Assembly: GCA_023444705.1 (NCBI GenBank)
Contig: JAEXMB010000081.1
Span: 37 to 64,036 of the forward strand
Direction: 5' to 3'
DNA: 64,000 bases
DNA from: Pseudomonadota bacterium
GTDB lineage: Bacteria; Pseudomonadota; Alphaproteobacteria; Micavibrionales; UBA2020
Part shown: positions 23,553-33,108 of the stretch, one piece after another
Numbering within the stretch: position 1 is the first letter of the stretch
How the letters are laid out: each line of letters begins with the position of its first letter
Notes under the pieces: model-generated
Database searches by the model: none
Told to the model about the DNA's origin: nothing
The model's input: only the letters and a program-made list of their open reading frames with translations
Made by a program: the position numbers and the translations under genes

Positions 23553-24530
23553 TCAGCGGCCCGCGCCGCCCGATGTTCCGGCCAGCATCAATGCGGCCAG
23601 CGCGGCGTCGCGCGGGTCGTCGTATTCGGCATCTTCGGCCAGCAGGCAAGCGGCCAGCCCGACGCGGTAGTCGGGGTATTTCAACACAACACCCAGTTCG
23701 TCCTTGATGCGGTCGTTGCGGATGCGTTTGTTGTCCTTGTAAAAACTGCGCACCATCGGGGCGAGGTCGGCCTTGTCGATGTCGATCAAGGGCGGCTCGT
23801 CCATGCCGATCAGCTTGCTGCCGTGGCTCAGCACGTCGGCGCTTGATGCGGGTTCGTCGTCGGCAAGATTATAGATGGCGCCGGGATTGGGTTTTTGCAT
23901 CGAGGCGAGCAGGGTGGCTGCAATATCCTCGACATGGATGCGGTTGAACACGTGGCCCGGCTTGTCGATGCGGCGCGCGTGACCTGCACGCAGGCTGTCA
24001 AGCGCGCTGCGGCCGGGCCCGTAAATGCCCGACAGGCGGAAGATATGCAGCGGCACGTTGGTGTGGTAGTGCAGGCCGCTCCATTCTTCCTCCGCGCGCA
24101 AGCGGTGGTCGCCACGGCGGCTGGTGGGGGCGGGGGTCGCGCTTTCGTCGATCCACTCGCCGTCACGGTTGCCGTAAACACCCGTGGTCGACAGGTAGCC
24201 AAGCCATTTCAGGTTGGGGGCGCCCGCGATATCCTCGCTATGCACGTCAAAAGCGGGGTCGCCTTCGCCGCAGGGCGGGATCGACACCAGAATATGCGTC
24301 GCGCCGCCAAGGCTTGCGCGCGCGTCGATCAGCGGGCGGTCGATGCTGAACAGCTCTGCCGCAATGCCCGCGGCTTTGAGTGCTGCCAGCTTGTCGGGAT
24401 CGGTCGTGGTGCCCGCGACCTTCCAGCCCAGCGGCAACACAAGACGCGCCAGCGCGATGGCGGTATAGCCAAGGCCGAAACAAAACAGTGATGGCGTGGC
24501 GCTGGATGAAGCGTCAGTCATGAATAACAC
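23553..24530 (-). CDS. NAD(P)-binding SDR / epimerase-family protein
   Basis: N-terminal Rossmann-like LFCFGLGYTAIALA...VAGTTT, and later STTGVYG...HVEDIA, typical of atypical SDR / NAD-dependent epimerase-like proteins. Confidence 0.75.
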   Translation of the reverse strand: MLFMTDASSSATPSLFCFGLGYTAIALARLVLPLGWKVAGTTTDPDKLAALKAAGIAAELFSIDRPLIDARASLGGATHILVSIPPCGEGDPAFDVHSEDIAGAPNLKWLGYLSTTGVYGNRDGEWIDESATPAPTSRRGDHRLRAEEEWSGLHYHTNVPLHIFRLSGIYGPGRSALDSLRAGHARRIDKPGHVFNRIHVEDIAATLLASMQKPNPGAIYNLADDEPASSADVLSHGSKLIGMDEPPLIDIDKADLAPMVRSFYKDNKRIRNDRIKDELGVVLKYPDYRVGLAACLLAEDAEYDDPRDAALAALMLAGTSGGAGR

Positions 24531-24542
24531 ATCGGGCGTTGG

Positions 24543-25211
24543 TTAAAAGTCGAGGTCTTGATAGTGCCGTGGCGGCGGGAAGCCTGGAATGACGTCTTCC
24601 AGCAGCGGCTTGAAGCTCGGGCGCGACTTGATGCGCACGTACCAGTCCTTGGCAGCGCGGTGGTCGTCCCACGGCACGTCACCGATATAGTCAATCGCCG
24701 ACAGGTGGGCTGCCGCCGTGATGTCGGCCAGCGAGATGTCATCGCCCGCCAGCCAGCGGCGGCGTTCGGTCAGAAAGCCGATGTAGTCAAGGTGATAGTG
24801 GATGTTGGCGTGACCGGCGCGCACCGACGGGCCGCTTGGCTCGCCGTTTTTCAAAAAGCGCTTCATCATCTTTTCGCCAACGAGGTTTTCGGTTACCTCG
24901 GTGTTGAACTTGCGGTCGAACCACGCGACAAGGCGGCGGGTTTCCGCGCGCTGCAACGGCTCCTTGCCCATCAGGTCGATGGTGTTATAGACCTCGTTGA
25001 GGTATTCGCAGATCACCTGGCTGTCGGTCAGGATGGTGCCGTCGGGTTCGATCAGCACGGGCACGTCGCCGGCAGGGTTGATGGCGAGGAACTCGGTACG
25101 GCGCTCCCAGACTTTTTCGATCTTGAGTTCGAAGTCGAGTTTCTTCTCGGCGAGCGCGATGCGCACTTTCCGTGAAGCGGGATGCAGCCAAAGGTGATAG
25201 AGCGTCCTCAT
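24543..25211 (-). CDS. Glutathione S-transferase
   Basis: MRTLYHLWLHPASRKVRIALAEKKLDFEL...NPAGDVPVL is a thioredoxin-like GST N-domain, followed by a helical C-domain. The start is taken at the internal Met (track ORF starts at 25268). Confidence 0.88.
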   Translation of the reverse strand: MRTLYHLWLHPASRKVRIALAEKKLDFELKIEKVWERRTEFLAINPAGDVPVLIEPDGTILTDSQVICEYLNEVYNTIDLMGKEPLQRAETRRLVAWFDRKFNTEVTENLVGEKMMKRFLKNGEPSGPSVRAGHANIHYHLDYIGFLTERRRWLAGDDISLADITAAAHLSAIDYIGDVPWDDHRAAKDWYVRIKSRPSFKPLLEDVIPGFPPPRHYQDLDF

Positions 25212-25374
25212 GATGAAAACTCTAGCGCATCGCCCATAACAGGGCAATTTTATTGTCCGTATGTTCACGAACAGCGGATTGGCGCGGGGATTCAGAAGTG
25301 CCCGTGGCAGGCACGTTTGTCAGAGTCAGAGGAAAGCGCGGGTGGTGCCGATTCGTTCCCGTGACCGTGCGGTG

Positions 25375-25971
25375 TCAGGGTGCTGGGGTTGTTTCCAGCG
25401 CAAAGCGGATCGGCAGGAATTTAGGCAGGCCCAGTTCGGGCGCCATCTGGCCGACAGGGGCGACCAGCTCTCCGCTGAACGTCAGTGCGGGCTGGCCTTG
25501 CTGTTGGCCAGCATAGGCGATGGTCATGGGAAAGGTGGCGAGCAATTGGCGGCCGTTCATGTATACCGTGCCGGTCACCTGAAAGGTATTATCGCCTGTT
25601 TGTTTGATTTCCGTGCTTTCAAACAGCATGGCGGCGGCCTTGGCCGCATCCTCCTGATCGAGCAAGCGCGGCGGTGCTGCGGGAATGAAGCTGGCGCCAA
25701 AGGATATGCGGCTGTCGTCAAGCTCGCGCGGGTCAAAGCGGATGTCGCTGCTGATGTTTTGCACATCCACCTTGCCGACGTAATACTCGCCGCCGATCCC
25801 GTCGGTGCGCACGGCAATATCGGCACGCTTGGTCTGCGTCCATTGCTGGACAGCTTTATCTGTGGCTTGCGCGCGGTTGTCGAGCAGCGGGGCGACCAGC
25901 AGGGCGCCAAAGACGAGAGGCAAGACCACGCGGGTCATCAGGTTGCAGGTTTTCTTGTCTTGCACTTTCAT
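25375..25971 (-). CDS. Exported protein, tentatively YceI-like
   Basis: It has a signal-like N-terminus (MTRVVLPLVFGALLVAPLL; alternative start at 25938). The C-terminal FESTEIKQTGDNTFQVTGTVYMNGRQLLATFPMTI resembles the YceI beta-barrel core. The assignment is weak. Confidence 0.5.
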   Translation of the reverse strand: MKVQDKKTCNLMTRVVLPLVFGALLVAPLLDNRAQATDKAVQQWTQTKRADIAVRTDGIGGEYYVGKVDVQNISSDIRFDPRELDDSRISFGASFIPAAPPRLLDQEDAAKAAAMLFESTEIKQTGDNTFQVTGTVYMNGRQLLATFPMTIAYAGQQQGQPALTFSGELVAPVGQMAPELGLPKFLPIRFALETTPAP

Positions 25972-25997
25972 CGCGCGTGTCCTTGCGGGGTAGGGCG

Positions 25998-26309
25998 TTA
26001 GCGGCTTTGCAGGTCGGCCTCAAGACGGTCGAGTGCGGCGATCACATCGGCGCGTGCGGCGTATTTCTGACGCAGTTTTTTCAGCTCCGCATCCGTGCCG
26101 CTGCAATACATGGCGGACTGGCTGGCCATGAAATCGTCGCCGTCGCCGAAAGACGCATCCTCGCTGAAATCGCCGCAGGCACTGCGGCGGTCAAGAAAGC
26201 TTGCGACGTCGCGGGGCAGGCCGTCATGGCGGCTGGTGTATCCGTCAATATGGCTGCACCCTGCCATCAGCAGGGTGCATGTCAAAAGAACAACCAGATG
26301 GCGGCGCAT
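25998..26309 (-). CDS. Small lipoprotein (103 aa)
   Basis: [20 protein letters not shown] has a lipobox (LMAG-C). Its ATG overlaps the accC stop by 1 nt (TAATG). The longer 224-aa track ORF would overlap accC out of frame. Confidence 0.6.
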   Translation of the reverse strand: MRRHLVVLLTCTLLMAGCSHIDGYTSRHDGLPRDVASFLDRRSACGDFSEDASFGDGDDFMASQSAMYCSGTDAELKKLRQKYAARADVIAALDRLEADLQSR

Positions 26310-27676
26310 TACGATGCGGCCTTGGCTTTTTCCTCGGCCTGGCGGGCCAAGGTCTTTTCCAGCCAGTGGATGGTGAAATCGCCCGCCTGGAATTCCGGTT
26401 CGTTCAGAATGCGCAGGTGCAGGGGGATGTTGGTCTGGATACCGTCGATGACGGTTTCGCCGAGCGCACGCTCCATGCGGGCAATTGCTTCTTCGCGGGT
26501 TTTCGCATGTACGATGATCTTGGCAACAAGACTGTCGTAGGTCGGCGGCACGGTGTAGCCGTCGTAAAGGGCGCTGTCCACGCGCACGCCAAGACCGCCG
26601 GGCGCATGAAAACGCGTGATCTTGCCGGGCGAGGGCACGAAGGTATCGGGGTTTTCGGCGTTGACGCGGCATTCGATGGCCCAGCCGTCAAAGCGGATGT
26701 CTTCCTGCTTGAACGACAGCGGCAGGCCGGCGGCCACGCGGATTTGCTCGCGCACCAGATCGACGCCGGTGATCATTTCGGTGATGGGGTGTTCGACCTG
26801 CAGGCGGGTGTTCATTTCCATGAAGTAGAACTTGCCGTCTTCATAGAGCATCTCGATGGTGCCCGCACCGCGGTAGCCCATCTTGCGCGCGACGTCCGCA
26901 GCCAGCTCGCCCGCCTGCTTGCGCAGTTCGGGGGTCAGTGCGGGCGAGGGGCATTCCTCGACCACTTTCTGGTGGCGGCGCTGGATCGAGCAATCACGCT
27001 CGCCCAGATGCACGGCGTTGCCATGCGTGTCGCAGATCAGCTGGATTTCGATGTGGCGCGGCGCGCGCAGGTACTTTTCCATGTACATGTCGCCGTTGCC
27101 GAATGCCGCTTTCGCCTCGGCCGAAGCGGTGGCGAAGGCAGGTTTGAATTCTTCTTCGGAGTTCGCGACCTTCATGCCTTTGCCGCCGCCGCCCGCAACT
27201 GCCTTGAGCAGCACGGGGAAGCCGACCTTTTTGGCAATCGCAAGGCCTTCGTCGGCGTCTTTCAGAACACCGGGGGAGCCTTCGATGACGGGCAGGCCAA
27301 GCGCGCGCACGGTGTCTTTGGCCACCGCCTTGTCGCCCATCTTCATGATGTGTTCGGGCGTGGGGCCGATGAAGGTAAAGCCATGTTCCTCGACCATGCG
27401 GCAGAACTCGACGTTTTCCGACAAAAAGCCGATGCCGGGGTGGATGGCGTCCGCACCCGTGATGGTGGCTGCGGAAATGATCGCGGCCATGTTCAGGTAG
27501 CTCTGGCGCGAGGGTGCGGGGCCGATGCACACGCTTTCGTCGGCCATGCGCACAGCCATGCCGTTGGCGTCGGCGGTTGAATGCACGACAACGCTTTCGA
27601 TGCCCATTTCCTTGCAGGCGCGCACAATGCGCAGGGCGATTTCACCGCGGTTGGCGATCAGGATCTTCTTGAACAT
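26309..27676 (-). CDS. accC: Acetyl-CoA carboxylase biotin carboxylase subunit
   Basis: [27 protein letters not shown]...GGGGKGMKV...[14 protein letters not shown]. Confidence 0.97.
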   Translation of the reverse strand: MFKKILIANRGEIALRIVRACKEMGIESVVVHSTADANGMAVRMADESVCIGPAPSRQSYLNMAAIISAATITGADAIHPGIGFLSENVEFCRMVEEHGFTFIGPTPEHIMKMGDKAVAKDTVRALGLPVIEGSPGVLKDADEGLAIAKKVGFPVLLKAVAGGGGKGMKVANSEEEFKPAFATASAEAKAAFGNGDMYMEKYLRAPRHIEIQLICDTHGNAVHLGERDCSIQRRHQKVVEECPSPALTPELRKQAGELAADVARKMGYRGAGTIEMLYEDGKFYFMEMNTRLQVEHPITEMITGVDLVREQIRVAAGLPLSFKQEDIRFDGWAIECRVNAENPDTFVPSPGKITRFHAPGGLGVRVDSALYDGYTVPPTYDSLVAKIIVHAKTREEAIARMERALGETVIDGIQTNIPLHLRILNEPEFQAGDFTIHWLEKTLARQAEEKAKAAS

Positions 27677-27696
27677 GGTACAGGTATCCGGTGCTG

Positions 27697-28158
27697 TTAT
27701 TCGATGATGAACATGGGCTGGCCGAATTCGACCGGCTGGCCGTCCTCGATCAGCACGTCAACGACGGTGCCGGCTTTCTCAGCCTTGATCGGGTTCATGA
27801 CTTTCATCGCCTCGATGATGACCAGCGTATCGCCGGCTTTCACTTTCGCGCCCTTGGCGGCGAAACGGGCGGCACCCGGCTCGGGCTGCAGGTAGGCGGT
27901 GCCGACCATCGGCGACTTGACGGCGCCGGGGTGGTTTTCAGGGGCGGTGGCCGCAACGCTGGCGACGGGGGCCACGGCTGCGGGCGCGCCGTTGGCGGGT
28001 GCGAAGGCGGGCATGGCCTGGGGTGCGGCAAAGCTTTGCACGTTGACGGCCTTGGTCACGCGGATGCAGCTGTCACCCTGACTGATCTCGATCTCGGTCA
28101 GGCCGGTTTCATTGAGCAGGCCGGCGAGGTTCTTGATGGCTTCGTGGTCGATTTTCAT
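27697..28158 (-). CDS. accB: Acetyl-CoA carboxylase biotin carboxyl carrier protein
   Basis: The biotinyl-lysine motif is [12 protein letters not shown] Pro/Ala linker is present, and the gene sits upstream of accC. Confidence 0.95.
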   Translation of the reverse strand: MKIDHEAIKNLAGLLNETGLTEIEISQGDSCIRVTKAVNVQSFAAPQAMPAFAPANGAPAAVAPVASVAATAPENHPGAVKSPMVGTAYLQPEPGAARFAAKGAKVKAGDTLVIIEAMKVMNPIKAEKAGTVVDVLIEDGQPVEFGQPMFIIE

Positions 28159-28190
28159 GGATAGGATCTCCTTGGGAAAATGGAAACGGC

Positions 28191-28658
28191 TCAGGCATCG
28201 TCAAGGCAAGCGCGCAGCGCATCAAGCGCCAGCAGATAGCCGTGACCGCCAAAGCCGCAGATCATGCCCTGCGCCACGGGCGTGACGTAGGAATGGTGGC
28301 GGAAGCTTTCGCGTTTGAACACGTTGGACAAGTGGACTTCGATCACGGGCATGTCGAGCATTTTCAGCGCGTCGTGGATGGCGATCGAGGTATGGCTGTA
28401 GGCGCCGGCGTTGAGGACGATGCCCGCATACTGGCCGGGGGCTTCGTTGAGGATGGTGACGATGTCGCCTTCGCTGTTGCTCTGGCGGAAGTCGATCGCC
28501 AGGCCCAGTTCGGCTGCGTATTCCTCGCACGCCATTGCGATGGAGGAGAGCGTCTTGAATCCGTAGACATCGGGCTCGCGCGTCCCCAGCATATTGAGGT
28601 TCGGCCCGTTGAGGATCAGGATGTTGTGGCGGCTCTTGCTCACGCAGTTTTCCGGCAT
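28191..28658 (-). CDS. aroQ: Type II 3-dehydroquinate dehydratase
   Basis: ILILNGPNLNMLGTREPDVYG...FRQSNSEGDIV...INAGAYSHTSIAIHDAL...EVHLSNV. The aroQ-accB-accC order is conserved. Confidence 0.95.
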   Translation of the reverse strand: MPENCVSKSRHNILILNGPNLNMLGTREPDVYGFKTLSSIAMACEEYAAELGLAIDFRQSNSEGDIVTILNEAPGQYAGIVLNAGAYSHTSIAIHDALKMLDMPVIEVHLSNVFKRESFRHHSYVTPVAQGMICGFGGHGYLLALDALRACLDDA

Positions 28659-28813
28659 TGGTTGAACAAGCGCCCGTTATAACACAGGCATTATAGTGTC
28701 GGGACAGAATAATTATTTACATAAACATAAAAAACGGGGTATTGCGCAATAAATGAACCCATTGCCCCGCTACCGTGAATGATTATTGCGGTAAGGGGTT
28801 TGGCCCCGCCCGA

Positions 28814-29398
28814 CTACTTTTTGCGCGGCAAAAACGGCAGGCGCGGGGCCTGCAGGGTGCGCGCACGGTGCAGGCGCGGCAGACACATAGTGGCGTATAA
28901 AATGGCGGCGCATTCGCTGTGGCCGTGCGCAAGGGCAAGGTCATAGGCGATCTGGTCGCGCTTGTTGCGCTGGAAAATATCCGCACCCGCGCCGGTCAGC
29001 ATGCGGGTGATCTGCGTGCTGCCCTCGACCACGGCGAGCATCAGCGCCGACATGCCTTGCGCGTTGACGGCGTCGACGTCGCTTTTGGCTTCGACCAGCA
29101 GGCGGCAGAGTTCGGGGCTGTTTTGCGCCGCCGCCAGCATCAGCGGGGTCAGGTGTTGCGTGGTGCAACGCGCGTTCACATCGGCGCCAAAGGCGACCAG
29201 CAGTGCGATCATGCGTGTGTCTTCCTGCGCCACCGCATGGTGCAGCGGCCCAAGCGCGCCGCGCAAAACGTTGGGCGACACGCCACCATCCAGCAGGCTT
29301 TCAACAGCGGCATGATTGCCCGCCAGCACTGCCTGATAGAGGGTGTCGGCGTAATCACCCTGCGTATAGGTGGCGTATCTGGGGGTGCGTGCGGCCAT
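28814..29398 (-). CDS. Ankyrin-repeat protein (194 aa)
   Basis: Three to four ANK-like units: GNHAAVESLLDGGVSPN, PLHHAVAQEDTRMIALLVAFGADVNA, TPLMLAAAQNSPELCRLLVEAKSDVDA, MSALMLAVVEGSTQITRMLTGAGADI. The tail is basic: ...PRLPFLPRKK. Confidence 0.85.
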   Translation of the reverse strand: MAARTPRYATYTQGDYADTLYQAVLAGNHAAVESLLDGGVSPNVLRGALGPLHHAVAQEDTRMIALLVAFGADVNARCTTQHLTPLMLAAAQNSPELCRLLVEAKSDVDAVNAQGMSALMLAVVEGSTQITRMLTGAGADIFQRNKRDQIAYDLALAHGHSECAAILYATMCLPRLHRARTLQAPRLPFLPRKK

Positions 29399-29556
29399 TA
29401 CGGGCGCGGGCCGAATTTGATTTTGGGCGCGGTGAGGACATTGTCCTTCTTTTCATCGCGCGGCGGCGTGACGGGGGCTTGCTTTTGGCCCTTGGGTGCG
29501 GGGCCGTCGTTGGTGTGCGCGGGACCGTAATCGCCCCACCAGCCTTCGGTCTGCAT
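29398..29556 (-). CDS. Possible small protein (52 aa) translationally coupled to the ankyrin gene
   Basis: MQTEGWWGDYGPAHTNDGPAPKGQKQAPVTPPRDEKKDNVLTAPKIKFGPRP. Its stop overlaps the ankyrin ATG (TAATG). The longer 75-aa version would start inside the upstream terminator stem. Confidence 0.35.
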   Translation of the reverse strand: MQTEGWWGDYGPAHTNDGPAPKGQKQAPVTPPRDEKKDNVLTAPKIKFGPRP

Positions 29557-29574
29557 CGTGTCGTCCTCCGTGGT

Positions 29575-29624
29575 GGTGAAAACAAAATGCCCGGGCGCGC
29601 AAAACGATGCGGCAGGCCCGGGCA
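29575..29624 (-). terminator. Putative rho-independent terminator after the 70-aa gene
   Basis: Inverted repeat TGCCCGGGC / GCCCGGGCA (29588-29596 / 29616-29624), followed on the minus strand by TTTTGTTTT. The loop is rather long at 19 nt. Confidence 0.45.
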
Positions 29625-29660
29625 TGTGTCGCGTATCAGCTTGCGCTGCTTACTTGCTGC

Positions 29661-29873
29661 TTACTTGGGGCCGCGGCCTTTTTTGATCGCGTCGGCGATT
29701 TTGCCTTTGGCTTCATCGACTTTGGCGTTGACGATCTTGTCGGCTTCGACGATGGCTTTGCCGGCTTGCTCGGCATAGGGGGCCAGCTTTTGCTTGGCTT
29801 CGGCGGCTTTGACCTGTGCTTCGCCAAGGGCCTTGGTTGCTTTGTCTTTAAGATCTTTCAGGTTGAATTTCAT
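29661..29873 (-). CDS. Small Lys/Ala-rich helical protein (70 aa), unknown function
   Basis: MKFNLKDLKDKATKALGEAQVKAAEAKQKLAPYAEQAGKAIVEADKIVNAKVDEAKGKIADAIKKGRGPK has amphipathic, stress-protein-like composition. No family named with confidence. Confidence 0.55.
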   Translation of the reverse strand: MKFNLKDLKDKATKALGEAQVKAAEAKQKLAPYAEQAGKAIVEADKIVNAKVDEAKGKIADAIKKGRGPK

Positions 29874-30086
29874 GTGAACACACTCCGTCGGTGGTGAATT
29901 GGGTGAATCGCTGCGATGTCGGCAGGGGCCCAGAATGCAACAGCGGGCACATTATGTCAATGTTTGGGGTGGAATAAGGAAAAATACTTAAATTTCAATG
30001 CCTTTATACCCTTTCGGGGCGCGGTGCGCCTTGCTAGACTTTCGCCATCAAAACTTTCCCCCACGTTTTCATGCGGAGGCTTCGCC

Positions 30087-30872
30087 ATGCATCTGACCAA
30101 CAAGACAGCAATCGTGACCGGATCAACCAGCGGTATCGGCTTTGGCACCGCCAAGGCGCTGGCGGCGCACGGCGCCAACATCGTGCTTAATGGCTTTGGC
30201 GATGCGGCGCTGATCGATCAGCTGAAAAAAGAAGTGAAGGAAGCAGGCGCTGGCGGCGTGATCCACATCGGTGCCGACATGCGCAAGCAGGCCGAGATCA
30301 ACGACATGGTCGCCACGGCCGAAAAGGAATTCGGCTCGGTCGACATTCTCGTCAACAACGCGGGCATCCAGTTCGTGTCAGAGCTTGAAAAATTCCCCGA
30401 GGAAAAGTGGGACGACATCATCGCCATCAACCTGACGGCACCGTTCCACCTGACCAAGGCCGTGCTGCCCGGCATGCAAAAGCGCGGCTTTGGCCGCATC
30501 GTCAACATCGCATCGGTGCAGGGGCTGATCGGCTCGATCAACAAATCGGCCTATGTTGCCTCCAAGCACGGCATCATCGGTTTGACCAAGGTCACCGCGC
30601 TTGAAAACGCGACGCGCGGCATCACCTGCAACGCCGTCTGCCCGGGCTATGTGCTGACGCCGCTGGTGCAAAAGCAGCTTGACGACCGCGCCAAGGAAAA
30701 GGGCCTGACGCCCGAGCAGGCTGTTGAAAGCCTGCTGGGTGAAAAACAGCCGATGATGCAATTCGTGCGCATCGAAAACATCGCCAACATGGTGGCCTAT
30801 ATGTGCAGCCCTGCCGCAGACCGCATGACGGGTTCGTGTGTTCCTGTCGACGGTGGCTGGACGGCGCAGTAA
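30087..30872 (+). CDS. bdhA: 3-hydroxybutyrate dehydrogenase (SDR)
   Basis: KTAIVTGSTSGIGFGTAKALAAHGANIVLNGFGD...ILVNNAGIQ...NKSAYVASKHG...EKQPMMQFV...VPVDGGWTAQ. The start is taken at MHLTNK (track ORF starts at 29916). Confidence 0.9.
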   Translation: MHLTNKTAIVTGSTSGIGFGTAKALAAHGANIVLNGFGDAALIDQLKKEVKEAGAGGVIHIGADMRKQAEINDMVATAEKEFGSVDILVNNAGIQFVSELEKFPEEKWDDIIAINLTAPFHLTKAVLPGMQKRGFGRIVNIASVQGLIGSINKSAYVASKHGIIGLTKVTALENATRGITCNAVCPGYVLTPLVQKQLDDRAKEKGLTPEQAVESLLGEKQPMMQFVRIENIANMVAYMCSPAADRMTGSCVPVDGGWTAQ

Positions 30873-30888
30873 TAAAAAACAAACACGT

Positions 30889-30924
30889 AAAAAAAAGCGG
30901 GGTTTTATGCCCCGCTTTTTTTTT
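30889..30924. terminator. Bidirectional rho-independent terminator between bdhA and truA
   Basis: AAAAAAAA-GCGGGG-TTTTATG-CCCCGC-TTTTTTTTT: a GC stem with an A-tract on one side and a T-tract on the other. Confidence 0.75.
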
Positions 30925-30926
30925 GT

Positions 30927-31691
30927 TCAATAATCCACGCGCACGAAATAAAGCCCGTAGGGCGGGGCGGTCGGGCCGCCTTTGGTGCGGTCTTTGGCGT
31001 CAAGCGCCGTCTTCACATCATCCGGCGTCCATTTGCCCTCGCCTACCAGCTTCAGTGTGCCTGTGATGTTGCGGATCTGGTGGTGCAGGAAGGAGCGCGC
31101 TTCGGCCCATAGCTCCAGATGGCGGCCAAACATCGCGTCTTCGCGCTCGATGATCTCGAGCCGGTCGATGGAGCGGATCGGTGATTTTGCCTGACACTCG
31201 CTGTCCCTGAATGTCGTGAAGTCATGCGTGCCGAGCAGATGGCGCGCGCCTTTGTTCATCGCGGCAAGGTCAAGGTCGTGGTTGACGTGCCATGCGCGGT
31301 CGCGCAGCAACACGCTGTCGCCGCGGCGGTTGCAGATGATCTTGTAGCAATAGACGCGGCCTGTGGCCGACATGCGGGCGTTGAAATCGTCGGCGACCTT
31401 TTCGGCGCTGACGATCGAAATCGGGTGCGGGCGCAGGTGGAAATTGGTGGCGTCGCGCATGGCCTTGGCGTCAAAATCCTCGCGCTGCATGCGTACATGC
31501 GCAACCTGGCCCAGCGCATGCACACCGGCATCGGTGCGGCCCGCGACGGTCAGATCGACGCTCTCCTGTCCGCTGAAGGCTTTGATCGCGTCCTCAATAC
31601 ATTGCTGCACGGCCAGCACATTGGGCTGGCGCTGCCACCCCGCAAAGGGCATGCCGTCGTATTCGATGGTGAGCTTCCATTTCTGGCTCAT
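30927..31691 (-). CDS. truA: tRNA pseudouridine(38-40) synthase TruA
   Basis: KLTIEYDGMPFAGWQRQ...VAGRTDAGVHALGQVAH... Confidence 0.93.
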   Translation of the reverse strand: MSQKWKLTIEYDGMPFAGWQRQPNVLAVQQCIEDAIKAFSGQESVDLTVAGRTDAGVHALGQVAHVRMQREDFDAKAMRDATNFHLRPHPISIVSAEKVADDFNARMSATGRVYCYKIICNRRGDSVLLRDRAWHVNHDLDLAAMNKGARHLLGTHDFTTFRDSECQAKSPIRSIDRLEIIEREDAMFGRHLELWAEARSFLHHQIRNITGTLKLVGEGKWTPDDVKTALDAKDRTKGGPTAPPYGLYFVRVDY

Positions 31692-32179
31692 GACGCAAAC
31701 CCGCGCCAGACCATGTCGTGGAGTATGCGCGCGGGCCGGTCAGGCTTGCTGTAGGCGCGCACATGTTCAAAGCCGAGCTTGGTATAAAGTGCGATCGCGG
31801 GCGCGTTTTCGGCCCAGACGTCAAGACGGATGGTGGTGAAACCTTTAACCTGCGCCGCCCCAAGCGCTGTGCGCAGCAGTTTTTCGCCAATCCCTTTGCC
31901 GCGATAGGGTGCCATCAGGCCCATGCCGGTGACACCAAGGTCTGGCTGTGCCTCGTCGCGCGCCAGAATATCGCACCAGCCGATGATCGTGCCGTTGTCT
32001 TGCGCGACGAATTGCACCCAGCCGTTACTGACGGATTTTTCGACGAAGGCGCGCGTGCGCTCGATGGGAGGATGTTCATCTGTGGCCAGATAGACTTTTT
32101 CGTCGATCACGCTGCACAACGCCCGCCAGAAACCCTCAGCGTCGTCACTGCGGATGGGGCGGATGGTGACGCTGTTCAT
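31688..32179 (-). CDS. GNAT family N-acetyltransferase
   Basis: Motif A MAPYRGKGIGEKLL. Length is 163 aa. It has 4-nt overlaps with both fmt and truA. Confidence 0.85.
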   Translation of the reverse strand: MNSVTIRPIRSDDAEGFWRALCSVIDEKVYLATDEHPPIERTRAFVEKSVSNGWVQFVAQDNGTIIGWCDILARDEAQPDLGVTGMGLMAPYRGKGIGEKLLRTALGAAQVKGFTTIRLDVWAENAPAIALYTKLGFEHVRAYSKPDRPARILHDMVWRGFAS

Positions 32180-33108
32180 GACAGGGCCTCGTTGACGGCA
32201 AGGTGGCCGCCGTTCAGCGCATCGCGCGCGCTCATGGCTTTCTTGTTTTCCGGCTGGACGGTGACAAGGCGCAGCAGGCTGGCGTCACCGCAGGTAATGA
32301 TCGCATCTTCAAGCACTGTACCCGCGCGGTTATCGTTGCGGCCCGCGACGATCTCTGCCGCCAGTACCTTCAGGCGCTGGCCATTGCTGCGCAGGCACCA
32401 CACGCCCGGCCACGGGGTGAGGGCGCGCAGCTGGCGCTCGATTACGCGGGCGCTTTGCGTCCAGTCGATGCGGCCATCGTCCTTGCTCAGCATATGGGCG
32501 TAGGTCACGCCCTCCTCGCCTTGCGCGTGCGGCGTCAGGGTTTCAAGTTGCGCCATCGTATCGACGATCAGCCTGCCGCCCATTGCGGCGAGGTCGTCAT
32601 GCAGGGTGGTCGCGGTGGTGTGATCCGTGATCGCAACGCTGTCGCGCAACAGCACAGGGCCGGTATCAAGACCCGCTTCCATCTGCATGATGCACACGCC
32701 GCTTGTGTCGTCGCCCGCAAGGATGGCGCGCTGGATGGGCGCTGCCCCGCGCCAGCGCGGCAGCAGCGATGCATGGATGTTGATGCAACCGTGCTTTGGC
32801 GCATCAAGCACATCTTGGGGCAAGATCAGGCCATAAGCCGCAACGACAGCCACATCGGCATTGAGCGCGGCAAAGGCCGCGCGCGCGTCGCTGTCTTTCT
32901 TGAGGCTTTTTGGTGTAAACACCGCAAAGCCATGTTCGTCGGCATATTGATGCACGGCGGATTTCTGCACGGCATAACCGCGGCCGGCGGGACGGGGCGG
33001 TTGCGTGTAGACCGCGACAATGCGATGCCCCGCCTTGACCAATGCGTCAAGCGCGGCGACGGCGAAGGGCGGCGTGCCCATAAAGACGATGTCGCGCGGC
33101 GTGGTCAT
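32176..33108 (-). CDS. fmt: Methionyl-tRNA formyltransferase
   Basis: IVFMGTPPFAVAAL...INIHASLLPRWRGAAPIQRAILAGD. Confidence 0.95.
   Translation of the reverse strand: MTTPRDIVFMGTPPFAVAALDALVKAGHRIVAVYTQPPRPAGRGYAVQKSAVHQYADEHGFAVFTPKSLKKDSDARAAFAALNADVAVVAAYGLILPQDVLDAPKHGCINIHASLLPRWRGAAPIQRAILAGDDTSGVCIMQMEAGLDTGPVLLRDSVAITDHTTATTLHDDLAAMGGRLIVDTMAQLETLTPHAQGEEGVTYAHMLSKDDGRIDWTQSARVIERQLRALTPWPGVWCLRSNGQRLKVLAAEIVAGRNDNRAGTVLEDAIITCGDASLLRLVTVQPENKKAMSARDALNGGHLAVNEALS

Noticed and set aside
25998-26672. 224-aa version of the ORF downstream of accC
   Set aside because: Its upstream 121 codons overlap accC out of frame and are Arg/Pro-rich. Only the last 103 codons, starting at a Met followed by a lipobox signal peptide, look genuine.
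28659-28813. AT-rich spacers (also 6821..6935, 21285..21485, 35142..35341) as genomic-island boundaries
   Set aside because: No tRNA, integrase, direct repeats or transposase accompany them. They are more simply explained as promoter-containing intergenic regions in a GC-rich genome.
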